This document shows positions 44,722 to 60,921 of a DNA stretch of 64,000 nt, in pieces. Origin of the DNA: Penicillus capitatus (Eukaryota > Plantae > Chlorophyta); contig OZ287699.1 in assembly GCA_965649825.1 (NCBI GenBank), positions 620,001-684,000 of the forward strand, given 5' to 3'. The position numbers and the translations under genes are program-made. The notes under the pieces were generated by a model, which was not told where the DNA came from, did not search any database, and was given only the letters and a program-made list of their open reading frames with translations. Each line of letters begins with the position of its first letter. Position 1 is the stretch's first letter.

Positions 44722-47700
44722 CAAGCTTTCTCGGCGAGTAGCTCGTTCGCTGTGGAGCTGGATTTGACGGACTGCGTTTCGACAATGGGTGCACATCGCT
44801 GACAGAGGTCTGGAGTGTCAGGGAAGAGGCCAACAGATGTGCAGTAGTTCCAGCACCGTTCGCATTTCAGCCCCTCTGCCTTTTCCACTCCAATCACCAC
44901 ATCACCCACTCCGTCAACCTGTCCTTCAGTGCAGTATGTCGCTGACTTTGCGGTTGATGTATCCGTCCAGTGGGCTTGGGAAACAATGAAAGTGTATCGC
45001 AACTCATCGACGCCGTTCTCAGCAAACGCAGCTTCAAAAACGGAAGGATCGGGTACATTGATAAGGAGCTTTGCCTCGAGGGAAGATCCGATGAACTTCC
45101 CATCGCGTGCCGTCTCCAGAGCTTTTGTCACGATCTCTCTCAATCGGAGAACGGCATCCCATGATTGCGACTCTTCCTCCAATAACTCCTCTTTCCATTC
45201 TGTCTTTGCCATCAGCCATCCTGCCTGGAAAACTGAAGCGTGATTGCTTGGATACGGTAGATGATTCCAGACATCTTCGGCAAGGTGTGGCAAAACGGGT
45301 GCAATGTAAGATACCAGTCCATGCATCAGCTCATGCAACACCGTCTGACATGCTCTCCTCGAGAACGAATCCGTGCTTTGGATGTAGAGACGATCTTTGG
45401 CCATATCCAAGTAGAAATTGGACAGGTCTGCAGTAACAAAGCGTTGCACCAGAGCATAGAATCGTGAGAACTGAAATGCACTGTAAGCGGCATCAGCTTC
45501 CTGACACACATGGTGCAGTTTGAAGAGGATATAGCGATCGACTTTGGGCAAGCTTCTGATCGGAAGTCCATGCGACGTCGGTTCAAAGTCGTAGAGGTTT
45601 CCCAATAGAAATCGCAGCGTCCCTCGGATCTTCTTGTAAACATCTGCTGTCTGTTTCAAAATGCCTTTGCCAATCATCACATCAGCACTATAGTCGACAC
45701 TTGCTACCCACAATCGCAGAACATCTGCTCCATAAGCTGGATCCTGTTTTTGGTTGTTGCCGCCTTGGATCACAGATCGTGGATCGATCACGTTTCCCAA
45801 ACTCTTCGACATCTTCCTGCCTTTGTCATCCAGCACGAATCCATGAGTCAGCACCTGTTTGTAAGGAGCAATGCCGTTCGTTGCGACACTCGTCAAGAGG
45901 GAGCTCTGAAACCATCCCCTGTGCTGATCCGATCCCTCTAGGTACAGATCCGAAGGATACTGTAGTTGACGATCGTCTTGCAAAACGGCAGCCCAACTCG
46001 TTCCGGAATCAAACCAAACGTCCATTGTATCCTCTCCCTTCCTTAACCTTGGTGCCAGATGGGCCATCTCTTCTGGGAGCAGTTCATCAATCGAGAGTTT
46101 CCACCAAGCATCGGAGCCGTGTTCTGCAACGATTTTTCGGACGTGCTGAATTGTCTGATCCGTCATGAGTGGCTCTCCTGTTTGGATGTCGTAGAAGGCA
46201 GGAATTGGCAGACCCCAACGCCTTTGGCGCGAGATGCACCAGTCTGAACGGCTCTTGGTCATTGCTGTGATTCGATTGATTCCTCCAGCTGGATACCAGG
46301 ATACCGTCTGAATAGCTGACAGAGCTGCTTCCCGAAAACGATCGATCGATGCGAACCACTGATCAGTGGCTCGGAAGATAATGGGCTTCTTCGTGCGCCA
46401 GTCGTAGGGGTATTTGTGTTGGTAAGGCTCCTGCTTCAGCAGCAAGCCACTTTCTTCCAATGCATCCAGCACCGCCTTGTTTCCATCGGAGAGCACTTTC
46501 ATGCCTGAGAACTGCCCGGCCGCTTCTGTGAACGTGCCAGATTCGTCAACAGGCGAGAACACCTCGAGGTCGTACTTCACACCCACCACGAAATCTTCTT
46601 GTCCGTGACCAGGGGCCGTGTGAACCAGCCCTGTTCCGCTCTCTGTGGTAATATAGTCCCCTCCGATGACGACAGGTTGAATCAGATCAGCCTCGAAGGG
46701 GTGCTTATACTTCAGCCCCTCCAGCTGCTCTCCTTTGACAGATGCGACCAGCCGAAAGCTCAGTCCAAATTTCTCCTCTAAGTTTTCTAAGAGATCGCTG
46801 GCAATGACCAGTCGTTGTGGTCGTTTCTCTATCGCGCCCTGCAGCTCGACGATGGCATAGTCCAAGTCTTTGTTGACGGCGACAGCACGATTGGCTGGAA
46901 GCGTCCAAGGAGTGGTTGTCCAAATGGCAAGATGTGTGACATCCTCTCCAAGAATGGCATCCTCGTCGATCGTTTCGAGTGCCACGTAGCAGCTCTGAGA
47001 TGTGTGACCGTCTGGGTATTCGAGCTCAGATTCAGCCAGAGCTGTCCGGGAAGAAGGACTCCAATGCACTGGCTTTCTTCCTCTGTAAATGTTCCCTTCC
47101 TTAACCATTCTGGAAAAGACATCCAACTGAGCCGCTTCGTATTCTGGCGACAGCGTCAAGTATGGCGCCTCCCAGTCAGCCCAGACCCCAAATCGCTTGA
47201 ACTGTTCTCTCTGAGCCTGAACGGCCTCCATCGCAAAGCTGGCTGCCTTCGAACGCAGTTCCAGCGCAGAAATCAAAGCTCTCTCTTTCATGGACAACGT
47301 CTGAAGGACCTTGAGTTCGACAGGAAGTCCATGTGTGTCCCATCCCGGCACGTACTTCGCTTTCTTGCCCTTCATGAGCTGGTACTTGTTGATGAAATCT
47401 TTGAGAATCTTGTTCAATGCATGACCGCAATGCAGATCGCCATTGGCGTAAGGAGGGCCATCGTGAAGCGTAAAGGTGCCCTCTGTATTGCCCTCGACCA
47501 ACGATTCATAGATCTTTAGTTCTTCCCAGAAACTCTGGATCTCCGGCTCGCGGACGAGCGAATTGGCCCGCATGCCGAATTCTGTCTGAGGTAAAGAGAC
47601 TGTGTGTTCGTATTTGTTTGCCTCTCGCCCCTTGCCTTTTCGAGCAGCGACGGTCGAGTTTTTTATCGAATCGACGAAGCGCATCCGAACCGTCTGTTTG

Positions 47701-47750
47701 GAAAACAGCTGGCAGATCATGGGACATGGTGTTACAGATTTGCGCAACAT
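44721..47750 (-). CDS. ileS: Isoleucyl-tRNA synthetase, organellar (bacterial type), intronless
   Basis: LHDGPPYANGDLHCGHALNKILKD, GWDTHGLPVE, EGSDQHRGWF, KMSKSLGN, C-terminal CERC...CQRC zinc finger; first ATG at 47750. Confidence 0.96.
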   Translation of the reverse strand: MLRKSVTPCPMICQLFSKQTVRMRFVDSIKNSTVAARKGKGREANKYEHTVSLPQTEFGMRANSLVREPEIQSFWEELKIYESLVEGNTEGTFTLHDGPPYANGDLHCGHALNKILKDFINKYQLMKGKKAKYVPGWDTHGLPVELKVLQTLSMKERALISALELRSKAASFAMEAVQAQREQFKRFGVWADWEAPYLTLSPEYEAAQLDVFSRMVKEGNIYRGRKPVHWSPSSRTALAESELEYPDGHTSQSCYVALETIDEDAILGEDVTHLAIWTTTPWTLPANRAVAVNKDLDYAIVELQGAIEKRPQRLVIASDLLENLEEKFGLSFRLVASVKGEQLEGLKYKHPFEADLIQPVVIGGDYITTESGTGLVHTAPGHGQEDFVVGVKYDLEVFSPVDESGTFTEAAGQFSGMKVLSDGNKAVLDALEESGLLLKQEPYQHKYPYDWRTKKPIIFRATDQWFASIDRFREAALSAIQTVSWYPAGGINRITAMTKSRSDWCISRQRRWGLPIPAFYDIQTGEPLMTDQTIQHVRKIVAEHGSDAWWKLSIDELLPEEMAHLAPRLRKGEDTMDVWFDSGTSWAAVLQDDRQLQYPSDLYLEGSDQHRGWFQSSLLTSVATNGIAPYKQVLTHGFVLDDKGRKMSKSLGNVIDPRSVIQGGNNQKQDPAYGADVLRLWVASVDYSADVMIGKGILKQTADVYKKIRGTLRFLLGNLYDFEPTSHGLPIRSLPKVDRYILFKLHHVCQEADAAYSAFQFSRFYALVQRFVTADLSNFYLDMAKDRLYIQSTDSFSRRACQTVLHELMHGLVSYIAPVLPHLAEDVWNHLPYPSNHASVFQAGWLMAKTEWKEELLEEESQSWDAVLRLREIVTKALETARDGKFIGSSLEAKLLINVPDPSVFEAAFAENGVDELRYTFIVSQAHWTDTSTAKSATYCTEGQVDGVGDVVIGVEKAEGLKCERCWNYCTSVGLFPDTPDLCQRCAPIVETQSVKSSSTANELLAEKA

Positions 47751-48042
47751 GAAGGGCAACACAGTACTAAACGACACAGGGTACACCAACCGCGTGATCC
47801 TCGTGATGTGACAACGATCTACATGACACCGTAACAGACGAGAATGTTCATCGACCGCGTCGCCATCGACAGCCTTCGATCAACAAAGAACAAGCGATTT
47901 CCAATTTGCAAATCCCAATAAAAAATGGAGTCCGTGTCCGTGTTCCTTCGTCTTTCTGTGGGGTGCGAATGTGACTTCTTCCCTCTACATTTGGTCGATG
48001 ATCGGGGTCAGTTATTGTTTGACCGCTCAGAGATTTTGGCGC

Positions 48043-49489
48043 TCAGAGTCCTGCGATGCACGTCGTGTGTGGATTGAACCATGAAGTGGGCATCGCCGTC
48101 TTGCGGCTGTGGCCATTCAGATGATAAATACGCAACTCGGCGTTGTAGAATTCCTCCTCTTCCGCAAGTGGCAGCTGCAGAAATGCACTCATGAAGTGCC
48201 CATGCGAAACGACAGCGATTCTGGATTCTGGACTGCATTCGATAACCGAATCAAAAAGTCCGTCGTCAGCTTAGAGACACGTACCGGCCGAGGAGGAATC
48301 TCCTGAACCTCATGCAGCGAACGGAGAACTCCATGTCGCTTTCGCCTTCGGGTTGATTGCATTGATCGAAAGGGACGTCCTTATCGTGTTGAACAAGAGA
48401 AAAGTCGATTCCCGGGAATTGACGCTGTGCATCTGTCAATCTTCTTCTCTTGTTCGGCAAGACGCCATCGCCTAAACAGTGCGATTCAGAACGGTTCGTA
48501 TCGACATCGTCGCGTTACCCATTCGCTCGCGACAGTCTTCGTGCGCGATCATAGGAGGCACCGCACCAGACTTCAGAAATCCACGCGAGGCGCTCTGTAG
48601 GTTGTAGACAGACTCCTGCGCTGTCATCAGGATCGAGGCTGTTGCGGGACGCTCGAAAGCGGGAGATGGAACCCCGAAGACACCCACGGCTGTCTCCATG
48701 GCGCGTGACAAAGTCGACGTTACGACAATCTATTGGCACTCAGAGGTGTCAAGAGGGAGGGGAGGATACAAGAACTGGGGGACACACGTCTGGAGGCGGA
48801 AGTGACTGCATATGGCGTCGAAGGGCTGTCACTTGCGACCACCCGCGCGGCGTCAACCGCTGATCCTCTATCCATTGTGCGACGCGGCAGGTGTTGCAGT
48901 AAGCAGTGCCGTGGCGTATAAAGTAGATCACTTTGGCGCCTGGACAGAGGAATCGGCTCGGCGACGGACTCCCTGTGCGCGCAGACTGGACACGACGTCG
49001 CGTTGGCGATTTCGCCGCCTCGGGAACCTCGGGCGACAACTTCGAACTGGACAAGCTGGGTTTCGTTGGAAGATGCGTTCCTGTTTCAGCGTGACCGAAT
49101 GAGAGAAGCTCTTTGAGCAAATCGCGGCATTTACGGGTCCACACTTGGTAACGGTTTCTGAAGACGTCGAACCAGTGGAGTGATGCCTCGGTCGCCTGAG
49201 AATCATCGACATCCTCGACATCGGCCGTTTGCTTCTCTTGGCGAGATGTATCGTGCGCAAGTCCGCGAAGATCGCCGACGCCTATCTTCCATTCTCCTGT
49301 TGATGGTCTTCCGTGACTGGATGTGTTCTTGTGTGTTCCGCCAAGGCTCCACTGTCGCATGGACATCTCATCTGTTGGAAAACATACGCTGACTCGACAT
49401 CGTGTAGATTCAACGTGCCTCGACTGTGGCGCTCGAGATGATGTTATGGTTGGAACACATCGGCGTTTAATATTGGCAGATGATAGCAT
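48043..49489 (-). CDS. Histidine phosphatase / phosphoglycerate-mutase-like protein, multi-exon
   Basis: IYFIRHGTAYCN, SRAMETAVGVFG, EDCRERMG, FPGIDFSL, IAVVSHGHF, FYNAELR. Confidence 0.85.
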
Positions 49490-50124
49490 TGCGGAGAAAG
49501 TGCATCGTTTTTTAGGCGGACAGACAGACAGTCGGGTATGTTCATTGCGTTGTCATTCGCTCACTCTTTCCAAGTCTTTCATCGCTATCCGTCGAAAGAG
49601 TCAACACCAAATGCACGGACGATCGAGTGAGGGCCTTCGCGGGACACGTCGCTTAGAGCGGAGAGAAGAATAACTTCGAGGGTTGGGTATGTATGCAGTT
49701 CTCCCTTATTGTGCGCTCAATTGTGCCGAACAAATACTGGCCAGTGCAGATCGAGCATACTTTTCTCGCTTCATAAAGAAAGCAGAGGCGTTCTTCTCGA
49801 CAATGCTTTCCCTGTCTCAGACGGAGGTTGTTATGAAACCCAACGATTCGACGATATTCAGAGTCGTTTGTCAATTCAGACCTTTTCCTAATAGTTCAAC
49901 AAAACCAACCGCATGTTTACAAGGGATCTGAGTACACATTACCACACAGCTAGCTGCAGACCGCGAATAAGCGCCACAGAAGGTGGGCCCTCAAAAGGGG
50001 ACAGGCCTTCATTACGTCTGCTCTCATCTGTCTTTCGTAAATCCTATCCACTTAGGGACGATAGCCGCCGCTCAAGAATCTTTTACACTGGAAACACTCA
50101 TAAAACCTCGAGCGAGTTCTTTCT

Positions 50125-50478
50125 TCATTTGTCCTTTCGCTGCTTGAACATTGAGCAGTTTCTCACGTACTTTTCGTTTTGCCTGTGGGAATCTTCCAGT
50201 ACATCTCGCCGTATTTCTCGACGCGGTTTCACGTTCTGTATCCTTTTGAGCAGCCTGAGATTCTCCGTTTCAATCTTGACCATTTCCTTTCTCCGATTTG
50301 TCGACGAATGCGAAACAGGCATGCGTTGTCGGTAAACCGAGTGCTGCTCCTTGGGCAGCGTATCCGACGAACGCGACTGAATTCGGCTCAGGCGATCGAT
50401 GAGACTTGCATTTTCGCGAACGATTTCTTGCAGCTCCTTCTTCGAATGGCTGTAATCGGAACGTAATTGCGGCTTTGC
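50125..50478 (-). CDS. CFAP97/KIAA1430-like flagellar coiled-coil protein, last exon (5' exon unresolved)
   Basis: KKELQEIVRENASLIDRLSRI...SSTNRRKEMVKIETENLRLLKRIQNVKP resembles the KIAA1430 domain. Confidence 0.65.
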   Translation of the reverse strand, partial: AKPQLRSDYSHSKKELQEIVRENASLIDRLSRIQSRSSDTLPKEQHSVYRQRMPVSHSSTNRRKEMVKIETENLRLLKRIQNVKPRREIRRDVLEDSHRQNEKYVRNCSMFKQRKDK

Positions 50479-51119
50479 CTAAGAACAGCAGGATATCTGA
50501 AACTGTGTCGTTGTTCACCATCTCTCAGCATTCATTACTCGAGGAATACAAGGAGGCGATGAAAATGTCAAATGCTTGGTGGCATCGCTAGCCGTCGCTC
50601 TTCAAAAGATTCTTGTCGAGCACCCACACGAGCGGTATCGATTCGACGTTACCGTTGGCCAGTCATCTCTAGACCGATGGCGTCGGCGTCGGCGTCGTCG
50701 TTTCTTCCTCGATTTGTCCAAGCAGATTTCTTGCCTCTCAGATTTGCTTTGCAGGCAATATATTGGCGTTCATTTCGACAACATGCACACAGGCAAGCAC
50801 AGAATATCGGTATTGTGAAATCTGCGCAATGTCATACCGACTGTACATTTCTATCATTTTCATGGTCAGCTCAAACGCATCGCCCCAGGCGGTTAGAGGT
50901 GCTTTCCAACGGACGTTTTCTCTTTGAGCGTCTGTATGTGACGGTTGGCAGTTCTTTGCAGCTTGTGTTGACAGTGACCTCATAGAAACAGTCCTGAAGT
51001 TCAACTTTACCTACACAAGCTTTTCTACTGGGCTGCGTTAAGTTGGTGGGCTCTTCTGACGCTTTTTTAACTTACTTCCTTTACACTCGAGCGTCGCTTC
51101 CGGCTAGAGACGTAGCGAT

Positions 51120-52313
51120 ATGGCTCCAGCAGACTATCAGAGCCGAGAGTTTATGATAGGTCTGCTACGCGACGCAAAAGTCGACGAGGAGATAGTGGAA
51201 GATATCGCTGATGCCTGTGAACTGGCTGAGTTCTCTGTTTTCAGTCTTGCCTCAGAAGAGATTCCCGTCAAGACACTTGCGGAAAAGCTGTACCTGACAA
51301 AGCAGGAAGCTTTTGCTCTAAGACATGTCGCTGCGGCACGTCTAGAGATGAACTCCGATCCGTCTGCCACCGCAAAACCGTCTCAAATCCACCCACTGCC
51401 TGATTTCTCGTACCATGCATTCATCCACGTATGGGCTTCGATCCAAGCTTCTTTTTTCCACAGGAAGATGATATCTGTCCATGTTGTTGCATCCCACACG
51501 GACGCGCGTCATGAAAGGGGGAGGTCTATGTTCTCTATTGGTCCGTGACTCTGACGTTCACTCTGTCGAGGAATCACAACGTCTTGTCTGTATCCAGAGA
51601 GTTTTCTTGGGAGGGACTGCGAGAAGAAGAAGGTCTGTACCAGCTCAAGTGGCGGTGGCGAAATGGGATGTCACTGGACGGACAGCGCAACAGATCACGA
51701 AGCATCATCCATAGACAATATGGTGGAGGATGCGCCCAACGACTATATGTGCCCCAGACGACGACCCTTGCGTCTGCCAACAACGAAGCAGGGTATGCAA
51801 AAGAAAGGCACTAGAGTGGGCATTTCTCTAACAGATCAGGCTCTCGCTGATCATGATCGAAGTGCGCACCTGTTATGTCTCACACGTTCCATCAGCTATG
51901 GTCTAGTGTTCCCAGATTGCCGTCCCTTTGTGCCTCGTTTGCAGTTGGAAGATGCTGGTTTGTCTTATGGTCCTCCAAACTCTGTATGTCCATCCTATAC
52001 GACGTTAAATTCCCTGACGCCATCTGAGCTGGAGCAGCTGGCGGATTTGCCTGTGGATTACCAGCATCTGATGTCCAGAAGGGCAAAGTTGGTCAGTGAA
52101 GGAACGGAAAAGGCAAACAATCAAAAGCATCGTGGAGATTTGGGGGAGATAAAGGCGACGAAAGGAAAACATAACAAGAAAGCTCAGGTTTCGGAAATCC
52201 CTCCGCTGCCATCCTACAGAAACGTCAGCCATTGTATTCATAAAACAACAGCTTGCTTCGAGGTAGGCAGACGAACGACATCTCACACAGTCACTTCTGA
52301 AACGTCCTCCTGA
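51120..52313 (+). CDS. Hypothetical spliced protein; exon structure unresolved
   Basis: ATG-initiated protein-like ORF MAPADYQSREF... followed by GT-AG-bounded open segments; no family recognised. Confidence 0.4.
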
Positions 52314-55300
52314 ATCTACAGGCAAGGAAGAAAGCATTGAAAGAACATCAAGAACACAGAGCAAAGATGATGGAGCTTGCAAAGGAACCATCAACGACGG
52401 TTAGTGCCTTTGTCTGTATTGGGTGAAATTGAGTGTTGTGTATGATGTCCAGCAAAAAAACAAATCAAAATTGTCAAAGAGATCAACGTCCAGACTTTGT
52501 AGACACACCAAAGCATCACTGGTGTGTTCTCCCTTGGGGTGTTATTGTCTCCGAAGCACGCTGCTTTTGTAGGCTTGGATGGATATGCGTGTGATCAGGA
52601 AGGAGGACAGCCCTATCCCGCGAAACGCTAACAGCACCTCAACAAGTGCATCATCTCGTGACCACGGTCTTGCGTTTGTTGATAGAAGATTGTGTGTTTC
52701 TATGTCTACAGTCCCCTCCATATTGCAAGTCGTTGTTTTGACGGACCGTTACTAAAGTCTTTTTCCTGACGACCCCATCCATCCTATGCGTTTTTACCAG
52801 CTTTTCTACTTTTGACAACATCGTCCAGCAAATAATCTTCGACTGTAAGGATATTGCGTATCTTTTTTGTTTGTTGTTTCTCTCGGATCTCAGGTCGCTA
52901 AAGGCATTGCTTTTGTTCTTCTACGCTTGTCTGCTGTCAAATCAGACAGTCGATCCAACTATGTTCTTTTCATACCGTGTGGGGATAAATCTTCCATGCA
53001 CTTCTCAGATGCGCCTTATTTTTCGAGCAATAGCCACTGTTTTCTTTGAGAACCGAGGTTTCTATTTGATTTGACCTGTTATACGCCACGCATGGAATAC
53101 AAACAAGTGACAGACATACCGAAAAGAAAATGCGCGACGTCTTGTGACTTAACTCATTCGTTGTCTTGACTAAAATGTGGAAGCCTGCACCGACGACCGT
53201 GTGCGACGATTGTGTCGGAAACGCAAGGAGACGATCGAAGTGGACTGTTGCCCAACTACATTTCTCTCAACATATGCTGTGACCTTCGTGGGCGACAAAT
53301 AAATTACGATCCCAACGTTACACAAGGCAATAATAAAGTCCTTAAAGCCGATGTCAAAGTGCCATCCATCCAAATACGTCGAACGGTGTCATAGATAAGA
53401 CTTCCAGCGTCGTGACGTCCACGCTCGAGAACACAGACGAGTGACGGGGTCAAATCACCTGCGACAAGGGCAGAGGCAAGATGCGCGCTGTCATCGACGG
53501 ATATCGCGGGCATCGCGCTGAATCTCTCGAAGCGCGCGGTCACAGTGTCCGGCAGTATTCCGCCCGCGGTGTTCGGCTCATGATACGTTGCGATGGAATA
53601 TCCTTGCAGGCAGATTCCGAAAACAGAATGGCGCGGGCGACATCCATGATTAACAGAGAACGAAAAGACGTTTCTGTACTTAAGCATACAAATAAACGCA
53701 TAGTGCCTGCTGTGATCGTTCATTGCGCGCAAACCGAAGGATGGCCGATGATCGAAGACCGCGGAGGCGCATGGCGACGGCCAACGCGAACACCCGACCG
53801 ACCGATCCTGCGATCCGACAGCGATCGTCGTGAGATCGATATCTCATGAGAATGAAAAGCGTTCTTTCTCGGGAACGCTGAGAGATGATTTAAACAGACG
53901 GAGACAATGTTCGATCCACCACCACAGAAATCTCGAACTCGATGCCAGAGTAATCCAATCGACCGCCATCTATATCTGCTTTATCGATGATGATCTTTGA
54001 GTGTGTTCTATGTAGATTCTGTCGATTTCTAAAAGACGACTTCATTCTATCTATACTTTCTGGTGCCAGGTCCTGCAACGAAGGATCATCATCTCTAACA
54101 TTCTCGTACAGTGTCACACGATCAGAGCATCGAGTGGATCTGAAATCAGCAAGCAACCTTGATCGCACCCAGAACATGCGTCGTCTTCAGCCCTTACGAT
54201 TCTTGGTAGAGGATCGCCGAAGGAAACATCGTATCGTGAGATTGACGGAAGAGGGGAAGGGTCGGACACAAACAAATGACGGTGTCCTGTGAATCTGCCT
54301 GCCTCTGACCATCATCATCATGAAGCGTCGCCCAGAGATGTTTGTTTGTTGTCCGACAAAGAGCTTTAAACTCAAGACATTCGTTCAATTGACAAAAGGC
54401 ATGAACTGTTTGTTGATTATTGGCATGTTTGGCTTCGGCTTTTTGGATGGATCTAAAAAGGTCCCCCGGCGTTTTGCTTCTGGATTTCTCTTTAGATGTA
54501 TGTATGTATGTATGTACACGCACGCACGTCAACAATCGATAGACATCTGTGAGCATTTGTTTTTTGAGAATCGGCTGTTTTGTGTTCGCATCTGGGCAAT
54601 GACAGAGCGCGTGGATCGATGAGAGATGTGTCCAACACATTGCAAGCAAACCAAGATATCAAACAGATTTCAGCAAAGTCCATACGTATTGAATTGATTC
54701 TGATTTTTAAGCATGCAAACGTTACATAGTTCTCAATGGAGAGAGGTTATTCTCAGAGAGTCAATCAGTCGTCCATCAGTCAGAGTTCTGAAATAGATTC
54801 AACAACAGGCAGCGGGAATGGAAGTGTCCAATTATGAGTAACTGAGACAACTCATTCATGAGGACCCAACGAAATGAATGTATGTACACCACCACTACCA
54901 TCACCACCACCATCACCAACGATGATGCTGATGATGCTGAACGTTATGCAGACTGTAAACAGCAGTGGCAGCAGCAGAAGAAGACGTCGATGTAACCCAC
55001 CAACACAATGAGATCAGACGTCCACCATCGAACGCATCGGATGAGAACATATGAATGTTGTCACTTCTGGAGACTGGCAGGAAAGTGCAGATCATCAAAA
55101 TCAAAGATTAAACAATCCAACCAGAATGATCGTGGGCTGAGATGCAGTGGCACAGTTGAAAAAACGTGGACATAAAACATGAAAAGAAACTCGATTCTGC
55201 TTTTGAGAGTTCGATTGTTGGCTTGGGTGTCGGACAGGCAACCTAGGCAACCTCTTGACTTTCAATTCGCACCTCGGGTACATTCCTGACACAGTGAAGG

Positions 55301-55361
55301 ATTTCAAAAACCGATGGGGAATTAGAAAATATGATGGATGATGATAGATGCGCATGGCCTT

Positions 55362-58565
<3,204 letters not shown>

Positions 58566-59130
58566 CGTGACAACGTCGGTGTCCTGCCTGTATTCCTTAT
58601 TTCTTTGAAGAGAATACGAAACTTTTGTTGTTGCGAACCACCGAACAGGTGAAGCGGCGGTCTGTCAATTCCAACGGCGATTATTCCCGGAAACGTTTTT
58701 ACAAAGCACTCAAAAAGAAAGAGAACAGCAACGGAGACAAAACAACAACGCTTGCGATGAGATGCTGAACAAACGAACGAACGCACGAACGCTCGAAGCG
58801 AGAGAACATGCAATCTGTGGCGAAGTTCGTCAAGAACACGGCGATGGAACCCTCTGAAGCAACTGACACGACTTTGGCTGGACATCACCTCGCGCGGCAC
58901 TCGTCTCTGCCGCTGTGAATTATTAACGCACTCATTCGAAAACGCGTCGTCGCTACCCTCCTCTCCACGAACAATCGTTCTGACGTCTTTTTCTCGCCAC
59001 CTGCTGTGACGCGTGTGTGCGTTCGTTCGTTCGCATCTTTGCCACTTCAGCGGTCTTCGCCTTCCTCGCCGGTTATTGCCTGTCTTGCCGACGGTCCGCA
59101 TCGTCGATCTTTGTATCGAGGCACGTCCAC

Positions 59131-60233
59131 ATGAGTACCACAGACAACAACACACTGCGTCAAGACACTCGACCTTCGGAGTCATTCACTGAAAAGGAAG
59201 CGGTCGTTATTGAAAGGCATGTGACTACGACGTGGACCCCAGCACTGACATTAACTGCGTTGTGCTGTTCTGTCAGACTGGACACCCTGGATTCGCCAAA
59301 CAATAACAACATCTCCTCACAGAGTTCGAGTCCCAAGAATGAACGCGTTGCTTCGGGTCTGCTGAAGATGCTAGAGGATGACTCCATTCTGCAGGGATTT
59401 GAAGATTTGCCTCCAAGCGACAACCTACTGGACGACGACGAGGCAGAAATCTATGGTACGACACACATGAATGGGTATCACGGAAAGAGAATGGGCTCGA
59501 ATGCCTCAGCCAGTGGGGATGGATCCTTCATTCATTCACACAGTGATCTCTCCGACAATGAAGACGGTAAGAGAGCGATTCTTGGGAAGCTGTCTGGCTG
59601 AGGTCGATGGCCTGTCTGCCTCTATGTGGACATCACAGAATCTCCTCTCCAGTTTCACAATGAAAGACAGTTTGAGCTTGAGTTCAAACTACATGAGGCG
59701 GAACAGAAGGTGGAGCAACTGAACCTTCAACTAAAGGGCAAGTCCATGCAGCTTGAACAAGTGCAAGTATGTCCATTGTTCCGCTGGTCAGTAAGTCGGT
59801 CTCTAACGTGATGATGTGACAGGTCGCTCTGATCTCCTACGAAGAAGAAATCATGCAGCTGCGCCAGCAGATGACGCATGCGTCTGATGGATCAGACGAC
59901 GACGACGATGATGATATTGATGAAGATGAAGATGAAGATGGACCGCTGCCCAAGATGAAGCTTTCTCCTGCGCCGCCTGTCCCATCAACGCCTGTAGGAT
60001 CGGTATCTCTTGAAACGGCGGAACAGTTGAGTTCCAAAATCATCAAACTTCAACAACGTGTTGAGGAGCTCGAAGATATCATGGTCTACACAAAATTGGA
60101 TAATGCACAGCTTAGAGAAACGGTGGATTTCCTCAAGTCCAAGCTGAAGCAGTACACGAAAAAACCATCCACTGAAAAGAAATCCGCCACCACTAAGTCA
60201 TCGTCCGTTCGAAACCTTTTCTCCAGGAAATAG
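59131..60233 (+). CDS. Coiled-coil acidic hypothetical protein, multi-exon
   Basis: GT-AG-joined exons with heptads (ELEFKLHEAEQKVEQL, LQQRVEELED) and a poly-Asp tract. Confidence 0.6.
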
Positions 60234-60921
60234 GGAGGCGCTGTCTTTTTATGTTTGGTTTTTCTGACGAGAGTCACTCTCTTTGGCGTCTGTGCGCATA
60301 ATACGTGATTGAACACTGTGCCCTTCCTGGTCTGTGAGGCTGTCCACACATGTCTGTGAATGAATTTGCAAAGGTCGTTGATTCCTTGTTGAGTAAAGGA
60401 TGTGACAGCTGTTGATGTATTGCGCATATCGTGGAGCGATAACTCACAAAAGACTGAAAACAGAATAGCTGTCGCTTGAAATCTGTTTGGGTTCTTTCTG
60501 ATAGAATGACATGCGCCTGTTTCTTTGCTGGGTGGAATTGTTCAGGTGGCATTTCCATCAGAGCTGTGTCAAAGAAGCTTCGTAGATTGAGCATTTCATT
60601 TCTTTCTTCAATCAGCGAAGCAAACTGTTTTGCTCGATTGTTGTAAAAGTCACTTGGCTGTGTGCGTTAGACCCATCACTATGATGCGTCAGGTCAGGTC
60701 ATGTCAACGCCAACCGTGTGTCTCATACACGACGCAAGCAACTTCTCAGTTCTTATTATAGCTGGAATGAGGACCCTAACCATTGTCCGACCTCGTGCTG
60801 TGGTGCTTTGCCCCATCATAATTGACGCGGCAGCTTCTTTCGTCTTTATCTCTTAAAAACCATTAGTGCTGTGTTCCCTCTGCGTTTTTATCACGTTTGA
60901 GAACATTCGTTGGCGGTGCTG

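Noticed and set aside
47400-47470. IleRS HIGH motif reads HCGH
   Set aside because: The second position of HIGH is variable; all other catalytic motifs are intact.
44721-47789. TTG/GTG starts given by the ORF track for IleRS (47789), the kinase (4340) and the surface proteins
   Set aside because: Nuclear genes; the first suitable ATG gives coherent targeting or signal peptides, so those starts were used.
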